In this document: in pieces, positions 1 to 7,605 of the stretch
How the letters are laid out: each line of letters begins with the position of its first letter
How positions within the stretch are numbered: the first letter of the stretch is position 1
Assembly: GCA_965204575.1 (NCBI GenBank)
Contig: OZ241993.1
Span: forward strand, 64,001 to 128,000
Length of the DNA: 64,000 bases
Reading direction: 5' to 3'
From: an uncultured candidatus Porisulfidus sp.
GTDB taxonomy: Bacteria; Pseudomonadota; Gammaproteobacteria; Poriferisulfidales; Poriferisulfidaceae
Notes under the pieces: generated by a model
What the model was told of the DNA's origin: nothing
Database searches by the model: none
What the model saw: only the letters and a program-made list of their open reading frames with translations
Made by a program: the position numbers and the translations under genes

Positions 1-759
1 CTTGGCGCGAACTTGCTTGTTGCAACCGGTGTAGCGGCGGTGCAGGGTGCCGGTCGCGCCCCACTTCGACCGGTAGACCGGCCAGCCGGTCGCCTGGCCC
101 AGCGCCGGGCTTAGGGGCTCGGTCCGAAGCGTGCGCCCCGCCATGCTGAAATGGCAGTGCGCGCAAGCGAAATTCAATTGGCCGCGGCGCGTGAAATAGA
201 ACTCGCGCCCCTTCTTGTACGCCTCCAGCGCACCGGGGTCGTCCTCGGGCACCACCACATCGATGATCTGGCCCCGCGATTCGTACGCCATGTAGGCCAG
301 AAGATCCACGATCGGGCCTTTCTTGTACTCCAGCGGTTCTTCGCCATGGGCCTCGCGGCACTGGTTGATCGCAAGTGCCAAGGTGACAACCTGCCCTTGC
401 TCCCTGTCCCACCGCGGGTAGTGGTGCTGAACGCCCGGCTCTCCGAAGCAGTCCGCATAAGACTTCCCGTTGGCGAACGGGGTGTTCCACATTTCTTCGC
501 CATTGGCGACCGCGATTTCATAGGGTGGAAATTCTTCGATCAACAGCCAGTTCTCATACCAGGCCTTGTTCAAGGCGTATGTACCATTGGCGAAGTCTTC
601 CCAAGCGATCTCGGGAAACTTTTCCGTGAAGAATTTCTGGATCGCCTCCAGATCCTTCTTTGGACTCACATCGGCATCCAGGCTTTCCGCGCCCGCATTG
701 GCCACCAGCCCCACCAGCAGCAGGGAAGCCGACCAAGCCAGGACTTTTCTAGAGATCAT
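1..759 (-). CDS. soxA: SoxA sulfur-oxidation c-type cytochrome (runs off left edge; absent from ORF track)
   Basis: Manual translation from ATG at 759, overlapping the soxZ stop: MISRKVLAWS...signal peptide...FTRRGQLNFACAHCH...GWPVYRSKWG...LHRRYTGCNKQVRAK. One CxxCH plus SoxA C-terminal motifs; follows soxYZ. Confidence 0.93.
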   Translation of the reverse strand, partial: MISRKVLAWSASLLLVGLVANAGAESLDADVSPKKDLEAIQKFFTEKFPEIAWEDFANGTYALNKAWYENWLLIEEFPPYEIAVANGEEMWNTPFANGKSYADCFGEPGVQHHYPRWDREQGQVVTLALAINQCREAHGEEPLEYKKGPIVDLLAYMAYESRGQIIDVVVPEDDPGALEAYKKGREFYFTRRGQLNFACAHCHFSMAGRTLRTEPLSPALGQATGWPVYRSKWGATGTLHRRYTGCNKQVRAK

Positions 760-1064
760 TTGACCTCGGCCTCCAGAGAATCAGAATTGCCCTGATTGTC
801 CGTCCAGCTCAGGATCACGATGTCGCCCTTGGCGCCCTTGTATTTGAATGACAGATACGGATTCTTGGAGACACCGGTCCCCCAGTTCGCGGTAAAGACG
901 ACCTTGTCGCCAACCGTCGCAGTGACTTCCTGGATAAAGTGCGCCGGAATGATGTTTCCGTCACCGTCCTTGCGCAGGCCCGTCTCCATCGGATGGGTAA
1001 TCAGGGCCTTTACGGTCACGACACCGCCTTTTTCCTTAGCCCGTACACGCATGCTTCCTGCCAT
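756..1064 (-). CDS. soxZ: SoxZ thiosulfate oxidation carrier subunit
   Basis: HPMETGLRKD...IPAHFI...VSKNPYLSF motifs; adjacent to soxY. Confidence 0.96.
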   Translation of the reverse strand: MAGSMRVRAKEKGGVVTVKALITHPMETGLRKDGDGNIIPAHFIQEVTATVGDKVVFTANWGTGVSKNPYLSFKYKGAKGDIVILSWTDNQGNSDSLEAEVK

Positions 1065-1080
1065 GATTTTGCCTCCTCGT

Positions 1081-1518
1081 TCAGCCGCCGCAGCCGCCGA
1101 TGGTTACTTTGACTTCCCGCACGCCGGAATACGACTTGCCGCCCGCTTCGACCAGTGCCACGACGTTGGATGTCCTGAGCATCTTCACCCGGGTCGAGAC
1201 ATACGGAACCGAATCGGCGGTCAGATCGTACGTGGACGTCAACGGCAGAGGATTCTGCTCGACCACGATGCTGATCCGGGTCACACCTTCCAGCGTCGTG
1301 GAAACCGAAATCGGGACCACTGCGCCGTTTTCCGCAATGTCGGGGGCGGTAATGGTGATCGCGTCGCTGGGTGCCGGCTCGCTGCTTGCCAACATGTCGA
1401 TCAGTGCGCCGGACTCTTGGGCCTCGAACGCCTCTTTGGGCCAAGCGGCCTGCACGGAACCCGCCACGCATAGCGTCCCCAGGCCTAGACCCGCTGTCAG
1501 AAAAGTTCTTCGATCCAT
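1081..1518 (-). CDS. soxY: SoxY sulfur carrier (Tat signal)
   Basis: C-terminal VKVTIGGCGG arm. Start placed at ATG 1518 (MDRRTFL twin-arginine signal); the longer ORF-track start lies inside the inserted element. Confidence 0.95.
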   Translation of the reverse strand: MDRRTFLTAGLGLGTLCVAGSVQAAWPKEAFEAQESGALIDMLASSEPAPSDAITITAPDIAENGAVVPISVSTTLEGVTRISIVVEQNPLPLTSTYDLTADSVPYVSTRVKMLRTSNVVALVEAGGKSYSGVREVKVTIGGCGG

Positions 1519-1529
1519 GGTTTTGTTCT

Positions 1530-1558
1530 GGGAATTACTAACATAACTTGACAGACTC
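1530..1558 (+). repeat. Left terminal inverted repeat GGGAATTACTAACATAACTTGACAGACTC
   Basis: Reverse complement of 2813-2841 with one mismatch. Confidence 0.95.
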
Positions 1559-2788
1559 GCGTCTGCCATATTCTGCAATTATTTGACGCTTCCCAGGCCG
1601 ACTGTGGCGGGAGACCCCGCCGGTGTCGCCACCTCCACGTCCAGCCGCCCCATTCCCGAAGGCCAAAATGTTCAATGCGGCGTTCACATCCGCATCGTCC
1701 GCATGCCCGCAAGCGGTGCACTTGAAGTCTGTTCCATTTCTGTTTCTCTCATCGACGTGCCCGCATGAATGGCAGGTCTGGCTGGTGTACGCCGGAGGCA
1801 CATGGCGCACCTCCATCTTGTAGTCCAGGCAGAGCTCCAGCGTGCCCCATGCGCTGGCCAGTATCTTCCGGTTCAGAGCCGCCTTCGCCTTCACGTTCCT
1901 GCCGGGTTTCTGTTTCGTGCCCCTGGCCGATTTCGTCATGCCCTTGATGTTCAGCTTCTCGACATAGGCCACGTCGTATTCTGACGCAATTCCCTTGCTG
2001 ACGTGGTGCGCCCAGTTCAACCGGGCGAAGCGTTCCGCATGGAATGCCCTCTGCAATCGAACTTTGGTGATCTTCCTGCGATTGCTTCCCTTCGCCTGCC
2101 GCGCCATCTTGCGCTGGTAGCGCCTGCGCTTGGCCTCTTTCCACGCTAAGTCAGGCCCCGGGTGCTTCGTGCCATCCGACAATACCGCCCACCCGTCCGC
2201 GTTCACGTTGCGGTCGATGCCCACTTCCTTGATCGTGTGAGGAAGACTGGCTTCCGTCTGGACTTCATAGGTCAGGTAGGCGTACCAGTTGCCACATTCG
2301 TACTTGATCTGGCCGGACTTGAACTCGCCGTCCAAGTAAGGGTTGTTGCCGACTATCTTCATCCAGCCGACCTTCTGCACATACAGGCTTTCTCCTGCTA
2401 CCTTGGAACAATAGCGGTCTAATGGAAACGAAGGCTCGGCCGTCCACTTGCCGTGGAACTGGGGAAGTTTCCGGTTCAATTTTCCTCCTGTCTTGCAGTC
2501 CTTGAAATATTCACGGTAAGCCGTCTCGATGGGTTGCAGGGAACTCTTCACCACATACGCCGAATAATCCTGCAACCACTTGTAACTGTGCCTTCTCAAA
2601 ACGGTGAATACCTTGCCCAACGAGAAATAAGTCCATTCCGGCTTGATTCCGAATTCGTATTCGTCCCTGAGCTTCCCGACCATGTGGTTCCAGACGAAGC
2701 GGCAGGCCCCGGCGGTGCCGTGCAGTTGCCGGTTCTTTCTTGCAGAACCCGGATGCAGGCGGTAGCGGACGGTGCGATGGACTTTCAT
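1538..2788 (-). CDS. tnpB: TnpB RNA-guided endonuclease (IS200/IS605-type), RuvC catalytic residues intact
   Basis: N-terminal YRLHP...GACRFVWN; RuvC GIDRN, VEKLNIKGM, DADVNAALNI; zinc ribbon CHSC/CTAC. Stop codon lies inside the left TIR. Confidence 0.95.
   Translation of the reverse strand: MKVHRTVRYRLHPGSARKNRQLHGTAGACRFVWNHMVGKLRDEYEFGIKPEWTYFSLGKVFTVLRRHSYKWLQDYSAYVVKSSLQPIETAYREYFKDCKTGGKLNRKLPQFHGKWTAEPSFPLDRYCSKVAGESLYVQKVGWMKIVGNNPYLDGEFKSGQIKYECGNWYAYLTYEVQTEASLPHTIKEVGIDRNVNADGWAVLSDGTKHPGPDLAWKEAKRRRYQRKMARQAKGSNRRKITKVRLQRAFHAERFARLNWAHHVSKGIASEYDVAYVEKLNIKGMTKSARGTKQKPGRNVKAKAALNRKILASAWGTLELCLDYKMEVRHVPPAYTSQTCHSCGHVDERNRNGTDFKCTACGHADDADVNAALNILAFGNGAAGRGGGDTGGVSRHSRPGKRQIIAEYGRRESVKLC
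1552..1700 (-). ncRNA. Putative omega-RNA overlapping the tnpB 3' end, scaffold ending at GCGTCAA (TCAA 1586-1583), with internal guide
   Basis: GGACGTGGAGG...GAAGCGTCAA architecture shared with the second tnpB; internal hairpin GGCGGG-GTCT-CCCGCC. Boundaries approximate. Confidence 0.6.
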
Positions 2789-2794
2789 GGGAAG

Positions 2795-2823
2795 ATTCTG
2801 ATGCCGGGTTTAGAGTCTGTCAA
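2795..2823 (-). promoter_or_regulatory. Putative sigma70 promoter for tnpB with -35 inside the TIR (likely leaderless mRNA)
   Basis: TTGACA (2823-2818), 17-nt spacer, CAGAAT (2800-2795), then 6 nt to the ATG; no Shine-Dalgarno. Confidence 0.6.
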
Positions 2824-2841
2824 GTTATGTTAGTAATCCCC
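2813..2841 (-). repeat. Right terminal inverted repeat (minus strand GGGGATTACTAACATAACTTGACAGACTC)
   Basis: Inverted copy of 1530-1558. Confidence 0.95.
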
Positions 2842-2856
2842 TTTATTCTCTCCCGG

Positions 2857-3204
2857 CTACAGAGTGTGTATGAATTCGACAATCTTGTCGATTTCCTCTT
2901 CCGTCAGAATCTGGTGCTTGCCGAACGGCGGCATCATGGCGTGCGGCCGGAACTGGGTCTGATCCCAGACATTCTGCCGCAAGACTTCCTTGTCGGGGAA
3001 ACGTGCCTGCATCGCGACCAGCGGCACGGAAATGGTGCCCGGAACTTCGCCCCCCGCGATCGAATGGCAGGAGAGGCAGTTCCCCTTCTTACTGTCGAAG
3101 GCGATTTGCCGCCCTTCTTCGATCATTGCGTCGTCCGCCTGCGCCAATGGCGCGAAGCCTACGCATGCGACGACGAGCAGCAGCGACAAGCTAGAGAATT
3201 TCAC
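2857..3204 (-). CDS. soxX: SoxX c-type cytochrome
   Basis: KGNCLSCH heme motif, MMPPFG; signal peptide from GTG 3204 (start inferred). Confidence 0.92.
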   Translation of the reverse strand: MKFSSLSLLLVVACVGFAPLAQADDAMIEEGRQIAFDSKKGNCLSCHSIAGGEVPGTISVPLVAMQARFPDKEVLRQNVWDQTQFRPHAMMPPFGKHQILTEEEIDKIVEFIHTL

Positions 3205-3338
3205 GTTTAACGCCTTGAAAATTCGCAACGGCGAAACATTATACCTAAAGAAAATAGGGGTTTTTTGACAGAAATTTGACGGGAAACACCTTAAAATATT
3301 GGAGAAACTCATCGCGGCTGGTAGACTGTTTTGCGGAT

Positions 3339-3413
3339 GGGCGATTAGCTCAGGGGGAGAGCGCTGCCTTCACACGGCAGAGGTCGCTGGTTCAATCCCA
3401 GCATCGCCCACCA
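3339..3413 (+). tRNA. tRNA-Val (CAC)
   Basis: Cloverleaf GGGCGAT...ATCGCCC-A-CCA; anticodon arm CTGCC-TTCACAC-GGCAG; T-loop GGTTCAATCC. Confidence 0.96.
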
Positions 3414-3481
3414 CTCCCGACCGCACCTCGCTCCGGCGACTTAAAACATGTCGCCGCCTGCTAGAATTTCTAATGTGTTCC

Positions 3482-3557
3482 GCCCCCATCGGTTAAGCGG
3501 ATAAACCACGGGATTCCTAATCCCGGACTGGTGGTTCGAATCCACCTGGGGGCGCCA
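3482..3557 (+). tRNA. tRNA-Arg (CCT)
   Basis: GCCCCCA...TGGGGGC-G-CCA; anticodon arm CGGGA-TTCCTAA-TCCCG; GGTTCGAATCC. Confidence 0.95.
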
Positions 3558-3562
3558 CCCCC

Positions 3563-5215
3563 TCAGATCGGACAGACGATCTCGCCGAGGTGCTTGCTCA
3601 GGCGCATGTTCTCGTTATAGTCGATCGGCACCACGATCAGGGACGGCCCTTCTTCCTCGAACGCCGCCTCCAGCGTCGCCTCGAGATCCCGGCTGGCCGT
3701 GACCACGTGCCCGTACCAGCCGAACGCCCGGGCCAGGTTCAGCCAATCCGGATTCGTGAACTCCAGTTCCGTGTGACGGTCGAATTGCTGCTCCTGCTTC
3801 CAGGAAATCAACCCATAGCCGCCATCCTCCCACACCATCACGACAATGGGCACGCCCAAGCGGCGGGCGGTCTCCATCTCCTGCACGTTCATCAGGAACC
3901 CGCCGTCGCCACAGATCGCCAGGATTCTGCGGGTCGGATGCACGAGACTCGCCGAAATTGCTCCGGGCAACGCAAACCCCATCGAGCAAAATCCGTTAGG
4001 AATCAAGCAGGTATTGGGTTCATGGCAGTGATAGTGGCGGGCGATCCACATCTTGTGCGCGCCAACGTCGGACAGCAGGATATCCGACGGGCCCATGACC
4101 TTGCGCACGTCCCAGAGCACTTTCTGGGGGCGTAATTTTCCTTCCGCATCGTCATCCTTGTAGGTGGCGAATTCGCCCAGCATCTCTTCCCGGACCCTTT
4201 TCTCCCGGGACAAGTCCCAATCCATCTGCCCGTTCGTCCGCGCCCGCTCGTTGAGCATGGCCAGAGTCTGGGCTAGATCGCCGACCAGTTCCACCTCGGG
4301 ATGGTAGTGGAAGTCGATCTCGGCTGGTTGGAAATCTGCATGGATGATGGTTTTGAGACCCTCCGGATTCCACAGATGCGGGTGATACTCGACCATGTCG
4401 TATCCGAGCGCCAGCACCACATCCGCCGCATCGATCGCGCAAGCCACCAGGTCCTTGGCCCCCAGGCCAATCGTGAACAGGCAGTAGTCCTCGTCCATGT
4501 CCACACAACCCTTCGCCATGAACGTGCTGATCACGCCGATGTTGTTCTGCTCGCAGAACATGCGCAACTGCTGGCTGGCCCGGGTGCGGATGCAGCCATT
4601 TCCGGCAAGAATCACCGGACGCCGCGCCCGGCACAGCATTTCGAAGGCCCGGTCGACTTGCTCCTCGGCTGGAATCGGTCGACGGAAGCGGACCGGGGAG
4701 ATCGGCTCCACGTCAGTGTCGTGTTTCGCAATGTCCTCCGGCAACTCAAGGTGGACGGCGCCAGGCTTTTCACTGCGCGCGATGCGAATCGCCTTGCGCA
4801 CGATTTCCGGAAGACTATTCGGCTGGATAATGCTGGTCGACCATTTCGTCACCGCCTGGAACATGCTCACGGCATCCATGATCTGGTGGGATTCCTTGTG
4901 CTGGCGGGCGGTGGAGCCCTGGCCAGTCAATACCAGCATCGGCGACCGGTCCATGTTGGCGTTCGCCACGCCCGTCACCAGGTTGGTGGCGCCCGGACCC
5001 AAGGTGCCCAGGCAGCCTGCCGGCTGCCCGGTCAATCGGCCGTACACATCGGCCATGAATGCCGCCCCCTGTTCGTGCCGGGTCAGGATGAATTCAATCT
5101 TGTCCGACTTCGACAGGGACATGACGAAGTCCGCATTCTCTTCTCCGGGAACGCCGAATACGTACTCGATGCCCTCGGCCTCAAGGCAACGGACAAACAG
5201 GTCAGACGCTTTCAT
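3563..5215 (-). CDS. Acetolactate synthase large subunit-like TPP enzyme
   Basis: MKASDLFV start; FGVPGEEN, RHEQGAAFMA, GPGATN, GDGGFLMN TPP motif. Confidence 0.9.
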   Translation of the reverse strand: MKASDLFVRCLEAEGIEYVFGVPGEENADFVMSLSKSDKIEFILTRHEQGAAFMADVYGRLTGQPAGCLGTLGPGATNLVTGVANANMDRSPMLVLTGQGSTARQHKESHQIMDAVSMFQAVTKWSTSIIQPNSLPEIVRKAIRIARSEKPGAVHLELPEDIAKHDTDVEPISPVRFRRPIPAEEQVDRAFEMLCRARRPVILAGNGCIRTRASQQLRMFCEQNNIGVISTFMAKGCVDMDEDYCLFTIGLGAKDLVACAIDAADVVLALGYDMVEYHPHLWNPEGLKTIIHADFQPAEIDFHYHPEVELVGDLAQTLAMLNERARTNGQMDWDLSREKRVREEMLGEFATYKDDDAEGKLRPQKVLWDVRKVMGPSDILLSDVGAHKMWIARHYHCHEPNTCLIPNGFCSMGFALPGAISASLVHPTRRILAICGDGGFLMNVQEMETARRLGVPIVVMVWEDGGYGLISWKQEQQFDRHTELEFTNPDWLNLARAFGWYGHVVTASRDLEATLEAAFEEEGPSLIVVPIDYNENMRLSKHLGEIVCPI

Positions 5216-5244
5216 TACGAAGGGTTTGCCCGCCCATTTTAGAC

Positions 5245-5907
5245 TTAATGCTTGCGTGCCAAAGTCAGGCCGTCTCCGATCGGCACCAGGCTGGCCATGA
5301 CCCGGGAATCTTTCGCCAGCGCCCGGTTGAATTCCCGGATGGCAACCGTGTCGGATTCCTGTTCGGCAGGATCCGCCACCCGGCCGGACCACAAGGTGTT
5401 GTCCACCGCGATCACCCCGCCAGGCCGAATCAAATCCAGCAGGTGTTCGTAGTAAGCCTGATAATTCCCCTTGTCGGCATCGATGAAGGCGAAATCGAAG
5501 CGTCCGGCCTCTCCGGCCTCGCGCATCTCCGCCAAGGTTTCAAGCGCCGGGGCCAGCCGCAGGTCGATGCGCTCCGCCACTTTGGCCTGCTCCCAGAACT
5601 CCCGCCCGATCGCGGTCCATTCCTCGCTGATGTCGCAGCATACGACTCGCCCGCGAGCCCCGACCGCCTGCGCCATGCACAAAGCGCTGTAACCGGTATA
5701 GGTGCCGACCTCGATGACCTGCTGCGCATTCATCAGTTTGAGCAGCAGCTTGAAGAATTGCCCTTGTTCAGGGCTGATCTGCATGTAGTGCTCTTCCAGC
5801 GTGGCCGTCCGGGCACGCAGGGCGCAAGCCACCGGATCCTCGTCGACCGACACATCCAGCAGGTACTGATGCAGCGTGTCGTCCAGGCCGAGGGTTCGCG
5901 TGCTCAT
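5245..5907 (-). CDS. Class I SAM-dependent O-methyltransferase (caffeoyl-CoA OMT-like)
   Basis: EVGTYTGYS, FIDADKGNY, DNTLWSG motifs. Confidence 0.9.
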   Translation of the reverse strand: MSTRTLGLDDTLHQYLLDVSVDEDPVACALRARTATLEEHYMQISPEQGQFFKLLLKLMNAQQVIEVGTYTGYSALCMAQAVGARGRVVCCDISEEWTAIGREFWEQAKVAERIDLRLAPALETLAEMREAGEAGRFDFAFIDADKGNYQAYYEHLLDLIRPGGVIAVDNTLWSGRVADPAEQESDTVAIREFNRALAKDSRVMASLVPIGDGLTLARKH

Positions 5908-6686
5908 GATCCTTCCCGCAAGACGGTATGCACAGTCCGGTTACCGAGCGGCTGCACGGGCCGGGCATTCTGCCCTCTTTGTTGTTCCAGCCAACGCTGC
6001 TCTGCCGGCCCCAGAGCCATCGGCTCCATCGCCAGCAGCCAATTCACCCCCTCGGTGCACGGCGGCATCGTCAAGGACCCTCGATAACCCAAAAAACTGC
6101 TCTGCCGGGGAATCAGTCCGGTCGGGTCGAAAGTCAGCGGCTCACCGGTCTTGGCGGCCTGCAGCCAATCCCAGAAAGAGTCTGGAAAAGCCTGCGCCGC
6201 ATCGGGGCGCAACGGGACTCCAAGCACGGCGATTTCTCCCGAATCGGTCGTATGCACCAGGTGAAGTTCTCCCGCCTCCGCGCCATTCGGCCACAAGTGT
6301 TCGCTCGGAGTATGGAAGTGGAATTGCCTCAAGGAAAAGGCCCGGTCCCCGAGGAGCAACCGGGAGCCCGGCTCCATATCCACCCGCACGGCATGCGCGT
6401 TGTCGCTCAGTCGCCCGGTCGTCGGCTGATAGTGGAGCGCAAGACGTTCGGCCGTCGGCTCTGCTTCTTCCTCTGACAAGACAATTGGGGACTGTTCCCG
6501 GCCCTCGGCGCATGCTCTCCAGTCCGGATGCAGATGTCCCCATCGCTCCGGACCTCCGTCCCCATCGTAGCTCCAACAGGGAAGCTCCTGATGTTTGCAC
6601 GAAGTCACGGCAAGAGCCCTACCGGCCCCGAGAGACAGTCCAAAACATGCGATCGAACCTAGGAATTTCCGTCGATTCCACGCCAT
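5904..6686 (-). CDS. Alpha-class carbonic anhydrase with Tat signal
   Basis: NRRKFL signal; WSYDG, QSPI, QFHFHTPSEH, ELHLVH, YRGSLTMPPCTEGVNW, NARPVQP. Confidence 0.92.
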   Translation of the reverse strand: MAWNRRKFLGSIACFGLSLGAGRALAVTSCKHQELPCWSYDGDGGPERWGHLHPDWRACAEGREQSPIVLSEEEAEPTAERLALHYQPTTGRLSDNAHAVRVDMEPGSRLLLGDRAFSLRQFHFHTPSEHLWPNGAEAGELHLVHTTDSGEIAVLGVPLRPDAAQAFPDSFWDWLQAAKTGEPLTFDPTGLIPRQSSFLGYRGSLTMPPCTEGVNWLLAMEPMALGPAEQRWLEQQRGQNARPVQPLGNRTVHTVLREGS

Positions 6687-6817
6687 AACAGATCCCGATT
6701 GTTGAGCAGGACACGCGAGTCACTTCTGAAGTTGAGTTTGCAGGTCATTGTACCTGCCTGTCTGCACTCCGAGGCAAATCCTTCAAGTGTTAAAGTATGC
6801 GTGCCCGAGGGTTCGCC

Positions 6818-7489
6818 ATGCCTCTTTCCGACCAGATTGCCCCGTCCATCCTGTCCGCGAATTTCGCACGTCTCGGTGCGGAAGTGGATGCGGTTGTCGA
6901 AGCCGGGGCTGACATGATTCACTTTGACGTGATGGACTACCATTACGTTCCCAACCTCACCATCGGGCCGCTGGTCTGCGAGGCCCTGCGCAAGCACGGC
7001 GTCACCGTACCCATTGATGTTCACTTGATGGTGACCCCGGTGGACGGGCTGATCCATGATTTCGCCAAGGCGGGAGCCAGTTCCATTACGTTCCACCCGG
7101 AAGCGACCCAGCATGTTGACCGCAGCCTGCAGTTGGCCCGCGATCTCGGTTGCAAGAACGGATTGGTGCTCAACCCGGCCACGCCTTTGAGCGCCTTGGA
7201 TCATGTTCTGGACAAAATCGACATGGTCCTGCTGATGTCCGTCAATCCCGGGTTCGGGGGGCAGTCCTTTATCCCGCAAACTCTGGAAAAGATTCGCCAG
7301 GTTCGCGCCCGGCTCGACACCTGCGACCAGCCGGTACGCCTGGAGGTCGACGGCGGCATCAAGGTGGACAATATCGCCAGCGTGAAAGAGGCCGGAGCAG
7401 ATACGTTCGTCTGTGGCTCTGCTGTCTTCGGCAGCGACGATTACACAGCTACGATGGCTGCGCTGCGCTCAGAACTGGACCGAATCTGA
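6818..7489 (+). CDS. rpe: Ribulose-phosphate 3-epimerase
   Basis: [35 protein letters not shown]. Confidence 0.96.
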   Translation: MPLSDQIAPSILSANFARLGAEVDAVVEAGADMIHFDVMDYHYVPNLTIGPLVCEALRKHGVTVPIDVHLMVTPVDGLIHDFAKAGASSITFHPEATQHVDRSLQLARDLGCKNGLVLNPATPLSALDHVLDKIDMVLLMSVNPGFGGQSFIPQTLEKIRQVRARLDTCDQPVRLEVDGGIKVDNIASVKEAGADTFVCGSAVFGSDDYTATMAALRSELDRI

Positions 7490-7605
7490 CCGGTCGATTA
7501 GATCTGAAGGGAAAATAATCGCTGGGTATATGCGGGCTATGCTTGCCAACCGATTGCGGGGAAGCAGGTGCGACGATCGTGTGCTGATCTGAAGGTAAAA
7601 CGACC

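Larger units (their letters stand above)
1530..2841 (-). mobile_element. Non-autonomous TIR-bounded element carrying tnpB, with 8-bp target-site duplication
   Basis: 29-bp inverted repeats at 1530-1558 and 2813-2841 (28/29 identical); flanking direct repeat TTTGTTCT (1522-1529) / TTTATTCT (2842-2849); interrupts soxX-soxY; no transposase gene. Confidence 0.9.

Noticed and set aside
1519-1578. ORF-track N-terminal extension of SoxY as the native start
   Set aside because: The extension is encoded by the inserted element and TSD; the Tat signal starts at ATG 1518. Kept only as a hypothesis in findings.
1538-2788. TnpBs as nuclease-dead repressors (TldR-like)
   Set aside because: Both proteins keep the RuvC D, E and D residues and the zinc ribbon.
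1530-2841. Autonomous IS200/IS605 or IS607 element
   Set aside because: No Y1 or serine-recombinase tnpA is adjacent, and the ends show TIRs and a TSD that these families do not produce.
3339-3557. tRNAs as integration sites for an island or prophage
   Set aside because: No integrase and no duplicated tRNA 3' end seen; the same holds for the tRNA at 57499-57574.
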